From NCBI GenBank assembly GCA_965220085.1, contig CBDCOZ010000003.1, positions 1,728,001 to 1,792,000 on the forward strand: 64,000 bases of DNA, read 5' to 3'. The position numbers and the translations under genes were made by a program. The DNA comes from Candidatus Oxydemutatoraceae bacterium. Its GTDB lineage: Bacteria; Pseudomonadota; Gammaproteobacteria; Poriferisulfidales; Oxydemutatoraceae. Shown here piece by piece: positions 1 to 9,244 of this stretch. The stretch's first letter is position 1. Each line of letters starts with the position of its first letter. The notes below the pieces were generated by a model that did no database searches, was not told where the DNA came from, and was given only the letters and a program-made list of their open reading frames with translations.

Positions 1-312
1 TGACGCTCAGGCACCGCAAACCCGCTTTGAAATAAACGAACACCGAGACCAAGCGCGGCGCGGCCCTTGACGCTCAGGCACCGCAAACCCGCTTTGAAAC
101 AAGCGAACACCGAGACCAAACGCGGCGCGGCCCTTGACGCTCAGGCACCGCAAACCCGCTTTGAAACAAGCGAACACCGAGACCAAACGCGGCGCGGCCC
201 TTGACGCTCAGGCACCGCAAACCCGCTTTGAAATAAGCGAACACCGAGACCAAACGCGGCACGGCCCTTGACGCTCAGGCACCGCAAACCCGCTTTGAAA
301 TGAGCGAACACC
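1..312. repeat. Tandem repeat, 67-bp unit, at least 4.6 copies (truncated by window start)
   Basis: TGACGCTCAGGCACCGCAAACCCGCTTTGAAA recurs at 1, 68, 135, 202 and 269 with few SNPs and no unique spacers. Confidence 0.95.
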
Positions 313-339
313 CTCCGAACGGCTAATACGCCCGCGCCG

Positions 340-966
340 TTAATAGACGACCGGCTCAGGGTCTATGCTGCGCCACAGATACCAGGTCGCAACCGTCCGC
401 CACGGTTGCCAGCCGCGGGCAATCTCCTCAATCTCATCGCGCGTCGGCAACTCATCGTATCCGTACTGCTTGGCAATCGCCTTAATCAGACCAAGATCGG
501 TCAACGGCAGCACATCCGGCGATCGCAGATAAAAGATGGCAAACATTTCAAAAGTCCACTTCCCCACCCCCTTGATTGCGGTCAAAGCCGCAAAAGCATC
601 GGCGGGTTCCATCCTCTGCCAATAACGCGAGCGCGGCGTGATGTTCTCGCGGAGAAAAAACCCCGCGACCTCCTTCACACACGCCGCCTTTTGTTTTGAC
701 AAGCCGCAGGCGGTCAAGGTCGTCGCGCGTTTTCTGCGCAGGGTCTGCGGAGCCATCGGAACACAGCGCGCGCTGAGTTTGTCCCAGATGGAATCGGCCG
801 CCTGCACACTGATCTGCTGGCCGACAATCGCGCGACACAGCGTCACGAAGGCATCGCTCTTGCCGCGCAAGTAACTGCCGCGATGCCGTCTGATCAACCG
901 CGCCATCACCTCATCGCCGGCGGCCAGTTCTCGGCACGCCTGCGACCAATAGCGCGGCTTTTGCAT
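340..966 (-). CDS. DNA-3-methyladenine glycosylase II (AlkA/HhH-GPD family)
   Basis: Motifs AIVGQQISVQAA, HhH LTAIKGVGKWT, LPLTDLGL, WQPWRTVATWYLW. ATG at 966 follows a GAGG-like RBS; alternative TTG start at 978. Confidence 0.88.
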   Translation of the reverse strand: MQKPRYWSQACRELAAGDEVMARLIRRHRGSYLRGKSDAFVTLCRAIVGQQISVQAADSIWDKLSARCVPMAPQTLRRKRATTLTACGLSKQKAACVKEVAGFFLRENITPRSRYWQRMEPADAFAALTAIKGVGKWTFEMFAIFYLRSPDVLPLTDLGLIKAIAKQYGYDELPTRDEIEEIARGWQPWRTVATWYLWRSIDPEPVVY

Positions 967-974
967 AACCCGCC

Positions 975-1931
975 TCAATGATCGCGCTCAATAGCGAGCG
1001 GCAGCAACTCTTCGAGCGCCCGCCGATACCGAGACGGCGGCAACCGCGCGAGCCTTCGCGCGGCAAGCGACATATACGCGCGCGCCTTCTCGCGCACATA
1101 ATCAAACGAACCGGCGGCCTCAAGCAACGCCGCCGCTTCCCGCGCCTTGTCGCTGCCGAGCGCCTCGACAAGAAAGCGCCGCTCTTCGGCGTCGCAATGC
1201 CGCAAAGCATGCACAAAAGGCAAGGTCGGCTTGCCCTCCAGTAAGTCCTGCCCGATGCGCTTGCCGGAGCCCTCGGCGTAATCGAGCAAATCGTCTGTCA
1301 ATTGAAATGCCAGACCGAAGTTGAGACCGAAAGCCGCCATATCATCGCGCAGCGCGGCATCGCCGCCAGCGAGTATCGCCGCGCCGCGACAAGCCGCCTC
1401 AAACAACTTTGCGGTCTTCTTCTCCGCAACCCGCAGACATTCGCTTTCGTCAATCGTGCCGCAACCGATGTTTGACAACTGCCGCACCTCGCCTTCGGCA
1501 ATCACATTGGTCGCATCCGACATGACACCGACCAGTTCAAAATTGCCGATCTCACACAGAATCTGAAACGATCTCGAATACAAGAAGTCGCCGGCCAAGA
1601 CACTCATGTTATTGCCCCATACCGCCTGGGCCGACTCTTTGCCGCGGCGCTTGGCCGCCCCGTCGATCACATCATCGTGCAACAACGTGGCGGTATGGAT
1701 AAACTCAATTGCGGCGGCGAACTTGATATGCGCATCCCCCTTGTACGAACACGCCAACATCGACAGCAACGTCAGGGCGGGACGAAAACGTTTGCCGCCG
1801 TCGGTGACATGATTGCCAATATCCGTGATGACACTCAAGTCCGACTTCAGATACGTCGCAATCGTCGCATCCACCCGCTCCATCTCGCGCCGTACCGAAG
1901 AGAATATATGTGCCATATCAGTCATAATCAT
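975..1931 (-). CDS. ispB: Octaprenyl-diphosphate synthase
   Basis: GGKRFRP, first Asp-rich motif LLHDDVID, KKTA, second motif FQLTDDLLD; usual neighbour of rplU. Confidence 0.92.
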   Translation of the reverse strand: MIMTDMAHIFSSVRREMERVDATIATYLKSDLSVITDIGNHVTDGGKRFRPALTLLSMLACSYKGDAHIKFAAAIEFIHTATLLHDDVIDGAAKRRGKESAQAVWGNNMSVLAGDFLYSRSFQILCEIGNFELVGVMSDATNVIAEGEVRQLSNIGCGTIDESECLRVAEKKTAKLFEAACRGAAILAGGDAALRDDMAAFGLNFGLAFQLTDDLLDYAEGSGKRIGQDLLEGKPTLPFVHALRHCDAEERRFLVEALGSDKAREAAALLEAAGSFDYVREKARAYMSLAARRLARLPPSRYRRALEELLPLAIERDH

Positions 1932-2305
1932 TAAACACGCCGGTTCAGCCGCAACCGGCGCCGTTCATGCCGACCATTTTACCGAATCACCGCCGCCACA
2001 AGCCCGCGACCGCCGAATCATGCCAGAAACATTGCGGATTGTCGGCATCAACACGGTGTGCCGCAATAGCAATACATCGGCTGCGGCATCAACGGTTTCT
2101 ATGAAATAGCCGCTTCCGACTGACAGGCATCCGCGAGTCCTGCGACCAAAACTTGAAGCCTTGCATTATCGGAGAAACCCGGCACAAAAGCCACTATGAA
2201 CGCTTGCCACTCAGGTGTGCGGAGAGTGTGCGGTAGTTGCCGTCGGGCTACGCGCTCGTCAGCGCCCAAAGAGCGTGTCGGTGCAAGCACCGAGGATGGC
2301 TCGCG

Positions 2306-4528
2306 CTATCGCAGCGGGCCTTCCAGAAAGAGACGCAACCGCAAGCGCAAGCTACTGACCGCCAGATTGATAACCATGGTGCGGGTGGCGTTGCCATCGT
2401 TCACGGTGAAGGTGAAACTGGCGAAGTTGGAAGCGGCGGCGGAGTTGCCCGGGGGATAGTAAGTGAGGTCTCCGTTGCGTAACTCGGCGGCGGTCACTTC
2501 GGTGTTGGCGGTCACTGCGGTACTGCCCTTGCGCAATGTGCCCTTGTCGGATGCTATGGGGGTGACTATGGTGATGCTGGTCAGCGTGCCATCGCCCGTG
2601 AGCATGAAGTCGGATGCCTCAAAAGCGTAGGGCATATCTTCGCTGGCGGTACCCGGCACATTCACCGAATTGCCCTCGGCGATGAGGGCGCCGGCGGAGC
2701 AACGCGTCTCGGTGGCGCCAATGCCATCGGCGAAACTGAGGCAAGCGCGGATGTATTGGCCCACATGTTCATTCAGGGGTGTGAAGGCGGCGGCGGTGGC
2801 CCCGTCGATGTTTTCGTATGTGTTGGTAGCCGTAGTGGCGGACTGTTGCCATTGCCACATAAGGCGGCTACGGGTGGGTATGCCGTTGTCATCGGCCACG
2901 GTGCCTGTGCTGGCAGTCAGTTCCACACCCTCGGTGTAGGGGCGGCCCGATGCGGATGGCACAGTCGGCGCGCCGGTTGCCGGTATATTTGTGGCCGACA
3001 CCAGATCAATGGTGATGGTGGAGATGTCGCTATCCCGTGCCGCTGTGAAACGACCGGTGGTGACACTGTAGGTAAAACTGGCATAACCGGCGGCGGCAAC
3101 AGTGGCGGTGTTCGGAGGCGTATACATCACCTCACCGATTTGAGCGCCCGGTCCCGGCACATTGGATCGACCAAAAGAGTGGGGCGGATTAAGGTTCCTG
3201 AGGTCATCAGTCTCGGAAGACAATTCGCCGGTACCGGCGGTGGTCAGACTGAGAATATTGATGCCCATCAAAATGTCGCGATCTTCATCAGTAAAGGGGA
3301 AGTCGCCGGTCTGGAAGGTATAACTGCCGCCCACCGGCACAAAGACGGTGTTGTTCTGTGTCACCGGGGCATCATGGGTATTGGCGATGCGATTGCCGGC
3401 GGTGCAACGCATCTCTTCGGCGGGCGGCGTGAAATGGTCCCTGAAGGATGCGCACACCCGCACATACCTGCCCACATGTGCCTGCAGGGGCGTGAAAGTG
3501 GCGGTACCGGCGCCGGCAATATCGGCGTAGTCGCCGCCGGGGGCAGCGGCCTGCTGCCATTGCCATGCTATGGTGCCGCTGTTTATGCCGTTGGGTTCCA
3601 TGACACCGGCAATGGCGGCGGTGTGGACCACATCCTCGTTCCAGACTATGTCGTTGTTCGTGGGCACCGTCACAGTGGGCGCGCCGGTTGCCGCCTCCTG
3701 CGTCTGTGCCCCCACCAGATCTATGGTGATGGTGAGATCATCCGAGTTTGCAGGCGCGAAATTACGGGTGGAGACGATAAAAGTGATGGTGTCGTAACCC
3801 GTAGCAGGCGTAGCATCAGAGGCGGGTCTGTATGTGATTCTGTTTCTACCACCGACAGCGAAGTCTGAGCCATAGAAAAAAACTGTGTTCAAAGCAGGAG
3901 GAGTGCCATTGGGAAAAGTCAGGGTTCCGGCGGTTGGCAAGGTCTTAATACGGACGCCGATGATGGTGTCTTTATCCTCATCGGTGGCTGGGAAGTCCGC
4001 AATTTCAAAGAGATAACTGCCGCCCAGTGTGACCTCAATGGTGCGGTCCGTCGCAACCGGGGCATCATCCACATTCACTACTGCGCGGCCTATTTGCAGG
4101 CATCGCTCCTCGTCATTTTCGGCATCATCTTTGAAAGATGCGCAGACGCGCAGGAATTTGCCGACATGAGCCTGCAACGGTGTGAAGGTGGCGGCGGTCG
4201 CCGTGGTGTCGGTTATGTCGGTGTAGGTGTCGGTACTGCTGTCGGCGGCGCTCCATTGCCAAGTCGGCGTGAACACGGCGAGGCCATCGGGGTCGTCGTC
4301 TATCGTGCCTTGGGTTGCGGTCAGTGCGTTGTCCTCGTTGGGCCCGACCATCGTCAGGTCGGTGCCGTCCGCCGCCGTGACCGCCGGTTCGCCAGTGGCA
4401 TCGCCTTGAGCGGCCCAGGCTTGAGCGCAGACAACAAACAGCGCCGGCAACATCAGCGCCCAAAGACTCCAGCGGATTCGTGTCGCCCGCTGTTGCGCGA
4501 CGGTCGTATCGGAAATTTGACAGTTCAT
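2306..4528 (-). CDS. Secreted Ig/cadherin-like repeat surface protein (740 aa) with C-terminal LRLRLRLFLEGPLR tail
   Basis: N-terminal Sec-type signal (RIRWSLWALMLPALFVVCAQAWAA). Three modules ATGxPxV..WQW..ATFTPL..HVG.Y/F.R.C.SF.D..E.RC alternate with GGSY.F...DFP.TDED.D-type domains. Thr/Ala/Asp-rich. Confidence 0.8.
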   Translation of the reverse strand: MNCQISDTTVAQQRATRIRWSLWALMLPALFVVCAQAWAAQGDATGEPAVTAADGTDLTMVGPNEDNALTATQGTIDDDPDGLAVFTPTWQWSAADSSTDTYTDITDTTATAATFTPLQAHVGKFLRVCASFKDDAENDEERCLQIGRAVVNVDDAPVATDRTIEVTLGGSYLFEIADFPATDEDKDTIIGVRIKTLPTAGTLTFPNGTPPALNTVFFYGSDFAVGGRNRITYRPASDATPATGYDTITFIVSTRNFAPANSDDLTITIDLVGAQTQEAATGAPTVTVPTNNDIVWNEDVVHTAAIAGVMEPNGINSGTIAWQWQQAAAPGGDYADIAGAGTATFTPLQAHVGRYVRVCASFRDHFTPPAEEMRCTAGNRIANTHDAPVTQNNTVFVPVGGSYTFQTGDFPFTDEDRDILMGINILSLTTAGTGELSSETDDLRNLNPPHSFGRSNVPGPGAQIGEVMYTPPNTATVAAAGYASFTYSVTTGRFTAARDSDISTITIDLVSATNIPATGAPTVPSASGRPYTEGVELTASTGTVADDNGIPTRSRLMWQWQQSATTATNTYENIDGATAAAFTPLNEHVGQYIRACLSFADGIGATETRCSAGALIAEGNSVNVPGTASEDMPYAFEASDFMLTGDGTLTSITIVTPIASDKGTLRKGSTAVTANTEVTAAELRNGDLTYYPPGNSAAASNFASFTFTVNDGNATRTMVINLAVSSLRLRLRLFLEGPLR

Positions 4529-4632
4529 ACTCTTGCTTTAATCAGGGCGAGCAACATCAGCGACCAAAGACTCCCGCGGATTCGTGTTGCCCGCCATTGC
4601 GCGGAGTCATATCAGAAATTTGACAATTCATA
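4447..4632. repeat. Diverged direct duplication (about 82 bp) of the 5' end of the 740-aa gene
   Basis: 4447-4529 matches 4551-4632. The upstream copy reads MNCQISDMT.. and then frameshifts by a 1-nt deletion. Confidence 0.85.
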
Positions 4633-4726
4633 TCTACGGCTTTCATAACGACATGTTTCATGCATGTACGATTAGTGCCGTACTATACCATAAAACGCGC
4701 GTCACCCGCTCATGCCTTTGCATTTT

Positions 4727-5215
4727 GCCGCATCCCGTGCGCACCCCCTGACGCTCGCCCTCTCCTGCGGCGGCATAGCCTGCCCCGTCCGCAATGCCTT
4801 TGTATCTTGCCGCATATCCCTTGTGCCCCCATAAGCAGCATCCGTATCCGGCTAATGTCTTTGTATCTTGCCGCATCCCTTGTGCCCCCATAAGCAGCAT
4901 CCGTATCCGGCTAATGCCTTTGTATCTTGCCGCATCCCGTGTGCGCCCCCTGACGCTCGCCCTCGCCCTGCGCCGCATAGCACACCGCAACGCAAGCCCC
5001 GTCTTGGCAAGGTTTCAAGGCAACGCATCCCGTTCTATGGATAATGAATCGAACCTCCGCAACCCTTGTACCCCCTGACATTCCTTCTCCCCGGTGCCCC
5101 GCCTTGGCACGGTTCAAGACCGCGCATCCCGCGTTATGAATAATGAACCAAGCCTCCGCAACCCTTGCGCCGATAGAGGTTTCAAGGCAACGCATCCCGC
5201 GCATGGCTATGGATG
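4727..5215. repeat. Nested intergenic direct repeats
   Basis: A ~60-bp unit (AATGCCTTTGTATCTTGCCGCAT..CCGTATCCGGCT) occurs 2.4 times; GCCGCATCCCGTG..CCCCCTGACGCTCGCCCTC occurs twice; GGTTTCAAGGCAACGCATCCCG-like block occurs three times. Confidence 0.8.
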
Positions 5216-5288
5216 CCGCGCAAACGCCCATGCCACAGCACAGCATTTGCCCCAAGCGCCCGCCATGTCCTGTGCATCCCACAACCGC

Positions 5289-5317
5289 TTGCCACCGGGT
5301 ATCCTCTGTGGCACAAT
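5289..5317 (+). promoter_or_regulatory. Putative sigma70 promoter of the methyltransferase (near-leaderless transcript)
   Basis: TTGCCA-17 bp-CACAAT, 7 bp before ATG 5325, with no SD sequence. Confidence 0.4.
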
Positions 5318-5324
5318 CCCCCCC

Positions 5325-6473
5325 ATGCACACGCACCCATCGCCTCGCAACTTAGCCGCGGTTGACCTCTTTTGCGGGGTCGGCGGGCTGACCTGCGGCT
5401 TGCGGCAAGCCGGCATAGATGTTCGGGCAGGTTTTGATCTGGATGCATCTTGCGAATTTGCCTTCGCGGCCAACAACGACGGGGCGCGCTTCGTCAGGGC
5501 TGACATTCAAGATATCACGGCGGAGACCATCCGCTCGCACCTTGCGGATGCCGAAGTCAGCGCGATGGTCGGTTGCGCGCCCTGCCAGCCGTTTTCGGCC
5601 CTGCGCAGACGACAGCGGAAGGGCAACAACGCCGATGCCCGCTGGGGCCTGCTGCAAGATTTCGGAAACCTCGTGTGTGATGTGCTCCCGGATGTGGTCA
5701 GCATGGAGAATGTCCCGGACCTTCGCAAGCAACCGGTCTATCAAGACTTCCTCGGGCAACTCAAACAGGCCGGCTACCATATCGGCTTCAGCGATATCGT
5801 CAACTGCGCGGACTACGGCGTGCCCCAGACACGCCGCCGTCTGGTGGCGCTCGCATCGCGCCACGGGGAGATTCGTCTGACCCCGCCCAAGCAGAGCGGG
5901 CGACGCCAAACCGTGCGCGAGGCGCTGTCGCCTCCGATGGCTGCGCAAGACCCCGCCGACATCCATGTCCCCCTGAGCAAGAAGAATCTGGAGCGCATCC
6001 GGCAATCCGGCCCCGGGGGCAGCTGGCGCGATTGGGATCCCGACCTCGTCCTGCCATGTCACGGCGAGCGCGGGCATGCGTACCCCGCCTCGTACGGCCG
6101 GATGCGCTGGGATGCCCCCGCTCCCACGATTACCACGCAGTTCTGCTACTACGGCTGCGGGCGCTTCGGACACCCCGAGGAAGACCGCACCATCACTGTC
6201 CGCGAGGCCGCCCTGTTGCAGACCTTTCCGCCGGACTATGCCTTTCTGGACGCAGGCGAAGACCCGAGCGTCACGGCCATGGCCAGACACATCGGCAATG
6301 CGGTGCCGCCGGCATTGGGCCGCGCCATCGGCGAATCCATCGTCCGCCATGTCCTGGCATCATACAACCGCTTGACCTTCAAGCCGCCAAGCCGTAGAAT
6401 AGGTCGCCTGTCGGGGCTTGCGCGCGATGCGGCGGGCTCGGACAAGCCGGAATATCAAATGAACGGAGTATAA
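5325..6473 (+). CDS. C5 DNA cytosine methyltransferase (orphan)
   Basis: Motif I DLFCGVGG, IV GCAPCQPFS, VI ENV, VIII QTRRR, IX TVREAALLQTFP, X IGNAVPP. Start placed at ATG 5325 because the upstream ORF extension is repeat-derived. Confidence 0.92.
   Translation: MHTHPSPRNLAAVDLFCGVGGLTCGLRQAGIDVRAGFDLDASCEFAFAANNDGARFVRADIQDITAETIRSHLADAEVSAMVGCAPCQPFSALRRRQRKGNNADARWGLLQDFGNLVCDVLPDVVSMENVPDLRKQPVYQDFLGQLKQAGYHIGFSDIVNCADYGVPQTRRRLVALASRHGEIRLTPPKQSGRRQTVREALSPPMAAQDPADIHVPLSKKNLERIRQSGPGGSWRDWDPDLVLPCHGERGHAYPASYGRMRWDAPAPTITTQFCYYGCGRFGHPEEDRTITVREAALLQTFPPDYAFLDAGEDPSVTAMARHIGNAVPPALGRAIGESIVRHVLASYNRLTFKPPSRRIGRLSGLARDAAGSDKPEYQMNGV
6372..6400 (+). promoter_or_regulatory. Sigma70 promoter for rplU-rpmA
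   Basis: TTGACC-17 bp-TAGAAT, 77 bp upstream of rplU and inside the MTase 3' tail. Confidence 0.7.
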
Positions 6474-6477
6474 AACA

Positions 6478-6786
6478 GTGTACGCAATCATCGCCTCCGG
6501 AGGCAAACAATACCGGGTGACTCCCGGAGATACCATCAGGGTGGAAAAACTTGACGGCGCAGAAGGCGATACCGTCACCTTTGACAAAGTGTTGCTGATC
6601 AATAACGACGGCAAACTCAGCGTCGGCGCTCCTTATCTGGATTCTTCCGCCGTCGAAGGAAAGGTAGTTCGCCAAGAGCGCGATAAAAAGATCGATGTCA
6701 TCAAGTTCATCCGGCGCAAGCGCCACACGCGCAAGGCGGGACACCGCCAGTTATTGACCAAGATTGAAATTACCGGCATATCGTAA
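6478..6786 (+). CDS. rplU: 50S ribosomal protein L21
   Basis: MYAIIASGGKQYRV...GHRQ. Confidence 0.98.
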   Translation: MYAIIASGGKQYRVTPGDTIRVEKLDGAEGDTVTFDKVLLINNDGKLSVGAPYLDSSAVEGKVVRQERDKKIDVIKFIRRKRHTRKAGHRQLLTKIEITGIS

Positions 6787-6798
6787 GGGAGAGATACC

Positions 6799-7056
6799 AT
6801 GGCACATAAGAAAGCCGGCGGCAGCACACGAAACGGACGCGATTCGGAATCCAAACGACTGGGTGTGAAGAAATACGGCGGTGAGGTTGTCAAACCCGGC
6901 AACATCATCATCAGACAGCGCGGCACCCACTTTCATCCGGGCAACAATGTCGGTTGCGGGCGGGATCATACCTTGTTCGCTATCGCCGCCGGGCGTGTCG
7001 TGTTTGAGCAAAAGACCCGCCACAAAAGACGTTACGTAAGCGTCGTCCCCGTATAA
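6799..7056 (+). CDS. rpmA: 50S ribosomal protein L27
   Basis: [24 protein letters not shown]. Confidence 0.99.
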   Translation: MAHKKAGGSTRNGRDSESKRLGVKKYGGEVVKPGNIIIRQRGTHFHPGNNVGCGRDHTLFAIAAGRVVFEQKTRHKRRYVSVVPV

Positions 7057-7119
7057 ATCCGGCCGGGCCGGTAACCATACCCGCTCGCGCTTGGGCGGGT
7101 GTGACATCATGACAAGCAC

Positions 7120-8166
7120 ATGAAATTTGTTGATGAGGCCAAAATAAACATCGCAGCCGGCAGCGGCGGCGCCGGTTGCGTCAGCTTTTTGCGCGCGCGT
7201 TTTATTCCCCGCGGCGGCCCCGACGGCGGCGACGGCGGCGACGGCGGTTCGGTCTGGCTGCAAGGACACGCGTCGATGAATACTTTGGCCGACTTTCGCA
7301 ACCGCCAAACATTCAGAGCCGAGAACGGCGCCCGCGGCGAAGGCAAAAACCGCAACGGACGCAAGGGGAAAGATTTGATCATAGCGGTTCCCGTCGGCAC
7401 CGTCGCATACAACGACGAGACCGGCGAGGTGATCGGCGATATAGATTCCTGCGAGCGCGCGCTTCTGGTCGCCAAAGGCGGACAGCGCGGGGTCGGCAAC
7501 ACCCGCTTCAAATCGGCCGCCAACAAAGCGCCGCGCCGCGCGACTCCCGGAGACGAAGGCGAGCGGCGCGCGCTCAAATTGGAATTGAAACTGCTCGCCG
7601 ATGTCGGCCTGCTCGGCAAACCCAACGCCGGCAAATCCACTCTGCTGGCGGCGGTCAGCGGCGCGCGCCCGAAGATAGCGGACTACCCTTTCACGACCCT
7701 GCATCCGATACTCGGCGTGGCAGAGTCGGACAATTACCGCAGTTTTGTCCTCGCCGATATTCCCGGTTTGATCGAAGGCGCTGCCGGCGGCAGCGGCCTC
7801 GGTATCCGCTTCCTGCGCCATCTGCAGAGAACCAATCTGTTGCTGCACTTGCTGGACCTCAATGATTGTGAAACGGCGCAACACGGCAAAGACGCTTATG
7901 AGGCGGTGGCGAGGGAGTTGGCGCTGTTTGACAAAGACCTGGCCGCCAAGGAGTGCTGGCTCGTATTTACCAAAAGCGATACGCTGGATGCGGCGACGGC
8001 ACAACGGCGCTGCGCCGATATCATCAAAGCGATACAATGGGGGCAACCGTGGTTTCTCATATCGTCGGTCGCGCGCAAGGGGCTGGATGATATGAAGCGG
8101 GCGATTATGGACAAACTGGAAGATGACAAACAAAGAACTCGCCAAAGCGCGACGCTGGATTGTTAA
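7120..8166 (+). CDS. obgE: GTPase ObgE/CgtA
   Basis: MKFVDEA, GGPDGGDGGDGG, GKPNAGKST, YPFTT, DIPG. Confidence 0.97.
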   Translation: MKFVDEAKINIAAGSGGAGCVSFLRARFIPRGGPDGGDGGDGGSVWLQGHASMNTLADFRNRQTFRAENGARGEGKNRNGRKGKDLIIAVPVGTVAYNDETGEVIGDIDSCERALLVAKGGQRGVGNTRFKSAANKAPRRATPGDEGERRALKLELKLLADVGLLGKPNAGKSTLLAAVSGARPKIADYPFTTLHPILGVAESDNYRSFVLADIPGLIEGAAGGSGLGIRFLRHLQRTNLLLHLLDLNDCETAQHGKDAYEAVARELALFDKDLAAKECWLVFTKSDTLDAATAQRRCADIIKAIQWGQPWFLISSVARKGLDDMKRAIMDKLEDDKQRTRQSATLDC

Positions 8167-9244
8167 AGTCGGCAGCGCGCTGGTAACCGATGACGGGCGC
8201 AGCCTCAACCGCGACGCTATCCGCTCGTGGGCGGCGCAGATTTCCGAGTTGTTGCGAGACGGCAAGCAGGTCGCATTGGTCACATCCGGCGCTATCGCCG
8301 ATGGCATCAACAAACTCGGTTGGGACAGACGCCCGCAAGATTTGCACCACCTGCAGGCGGCGGCGGCGATCGGGCAGATGGGCTTGATGGAAACCTATAA
8401 CGAAGCCTTTTCCGCCCACGGGATACATACCGCGCAGGTGTTGCTGACCCATGAAGATTTCAAAAACCACCGGCGTTATCTCAACGCGCGCGCGACCCTG
8501 ACGACATTGCTGAAATTGCATGTCGTGCCTGTCATCAATGAAAACGATCCCATAGCGACCGAGGAAATACAGATCGGCGACAACGATACGATGGCGGCGC
8601 ATGTGGCCAACCTGATCGACGCCGATGTGTTGTTGATTCTGACCGACCGGGAAGGGCTGTTTGATCGCGACCCGCGGGCGGGCGCCGACGCCCGACTGAT
8701 AGAGCGGATCGGTCACGATGACCCGATGCTGGATGCTGTCGCCGGCCCCAGCGCGAACGAGTTGGGACGCGGCGGGATGATTACCAAGGTGCAAGCGGCC
8801 AGACGCGCGCGCTTGTCGGGCGCCTCAACGATTATTGCCAAAGGCGACGAGGACAACATCATCGCGCGCATTGCCGCTGGCGAACGGCACGGCACGTACC
8901 TCAAGACCGATGCCGAACCGCAGGCGTTGCGCAAGCGGTGGATTATGAACCTCAAGCCGCAGGGGAGCGTGACCTTGGATGACGGCGCCTGTCGCGCCCT
9001 GCAAAGCGACGGCAGCAGCCTGCTGCCCGTCGGCGTCACCGACCTCAGCGGTCATTTTGAAAAGGGCGATATGGTCGTCTGCCAAAACGCGGCGGGAGAC
9101 CCCATCGCCTATGGCTTGAGTAACTACGCGGATGCCGATGCGCGCCGCATCATCGGGAAAAGCGGCGATGCGGTCAAGGAGTTGATGGGCGAGGCTTACG
9201 AGCCGGAACTGATTCGCCGCGATAACCTCGCGCGCATCATCTAA
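8123..9244 (+). CDS. proB: Glutamate 5-kinase
   Basis: VKVGSA, NEND, GDNDTMAA, GGMITK and a C-terminal PUA domain. Confidence 0.96.
   Translation: MTNKELAKARRWIVKVGSALVTDDGRSLNRDAIRSWAAQISELLRDGKQVALVTSGAIADGINKLGWDRRPQDLHHLQAAAAIGQMGLMETYNEAFSAHGIHTAQVLLTHEDFKNHRRYLNARATLTTLLKLHVVPVINENDPIATEEIQIGDNDTMAAHVANLIDADVLLILTDREGLFDRDPRAGADARLIERIGHDDPMLDAVAGPSANELGRGGMITKVQAARRARLSGASTIIAKGDEDNIIARIAAGERHGTYLKTDAEPQALRKRWIMNLKPQGSVTLDDGACRALQSDGSSLLPVGVTDLSGHFEKGDMVVCQNAAGDPIAYGLSNYADADARRIIGKSGDAVKELMGEAYEPELIRRDNLARII

Noticed and set aside
1-312. CRISPR array (67-bp period)
   Set aside because: The whole unit repeats and there are no unique spacers.
6751-8313. 520-aa minus-strand ORF
   Set aside because: Antisense to rpmA/obgE, which are unambiguous genes.
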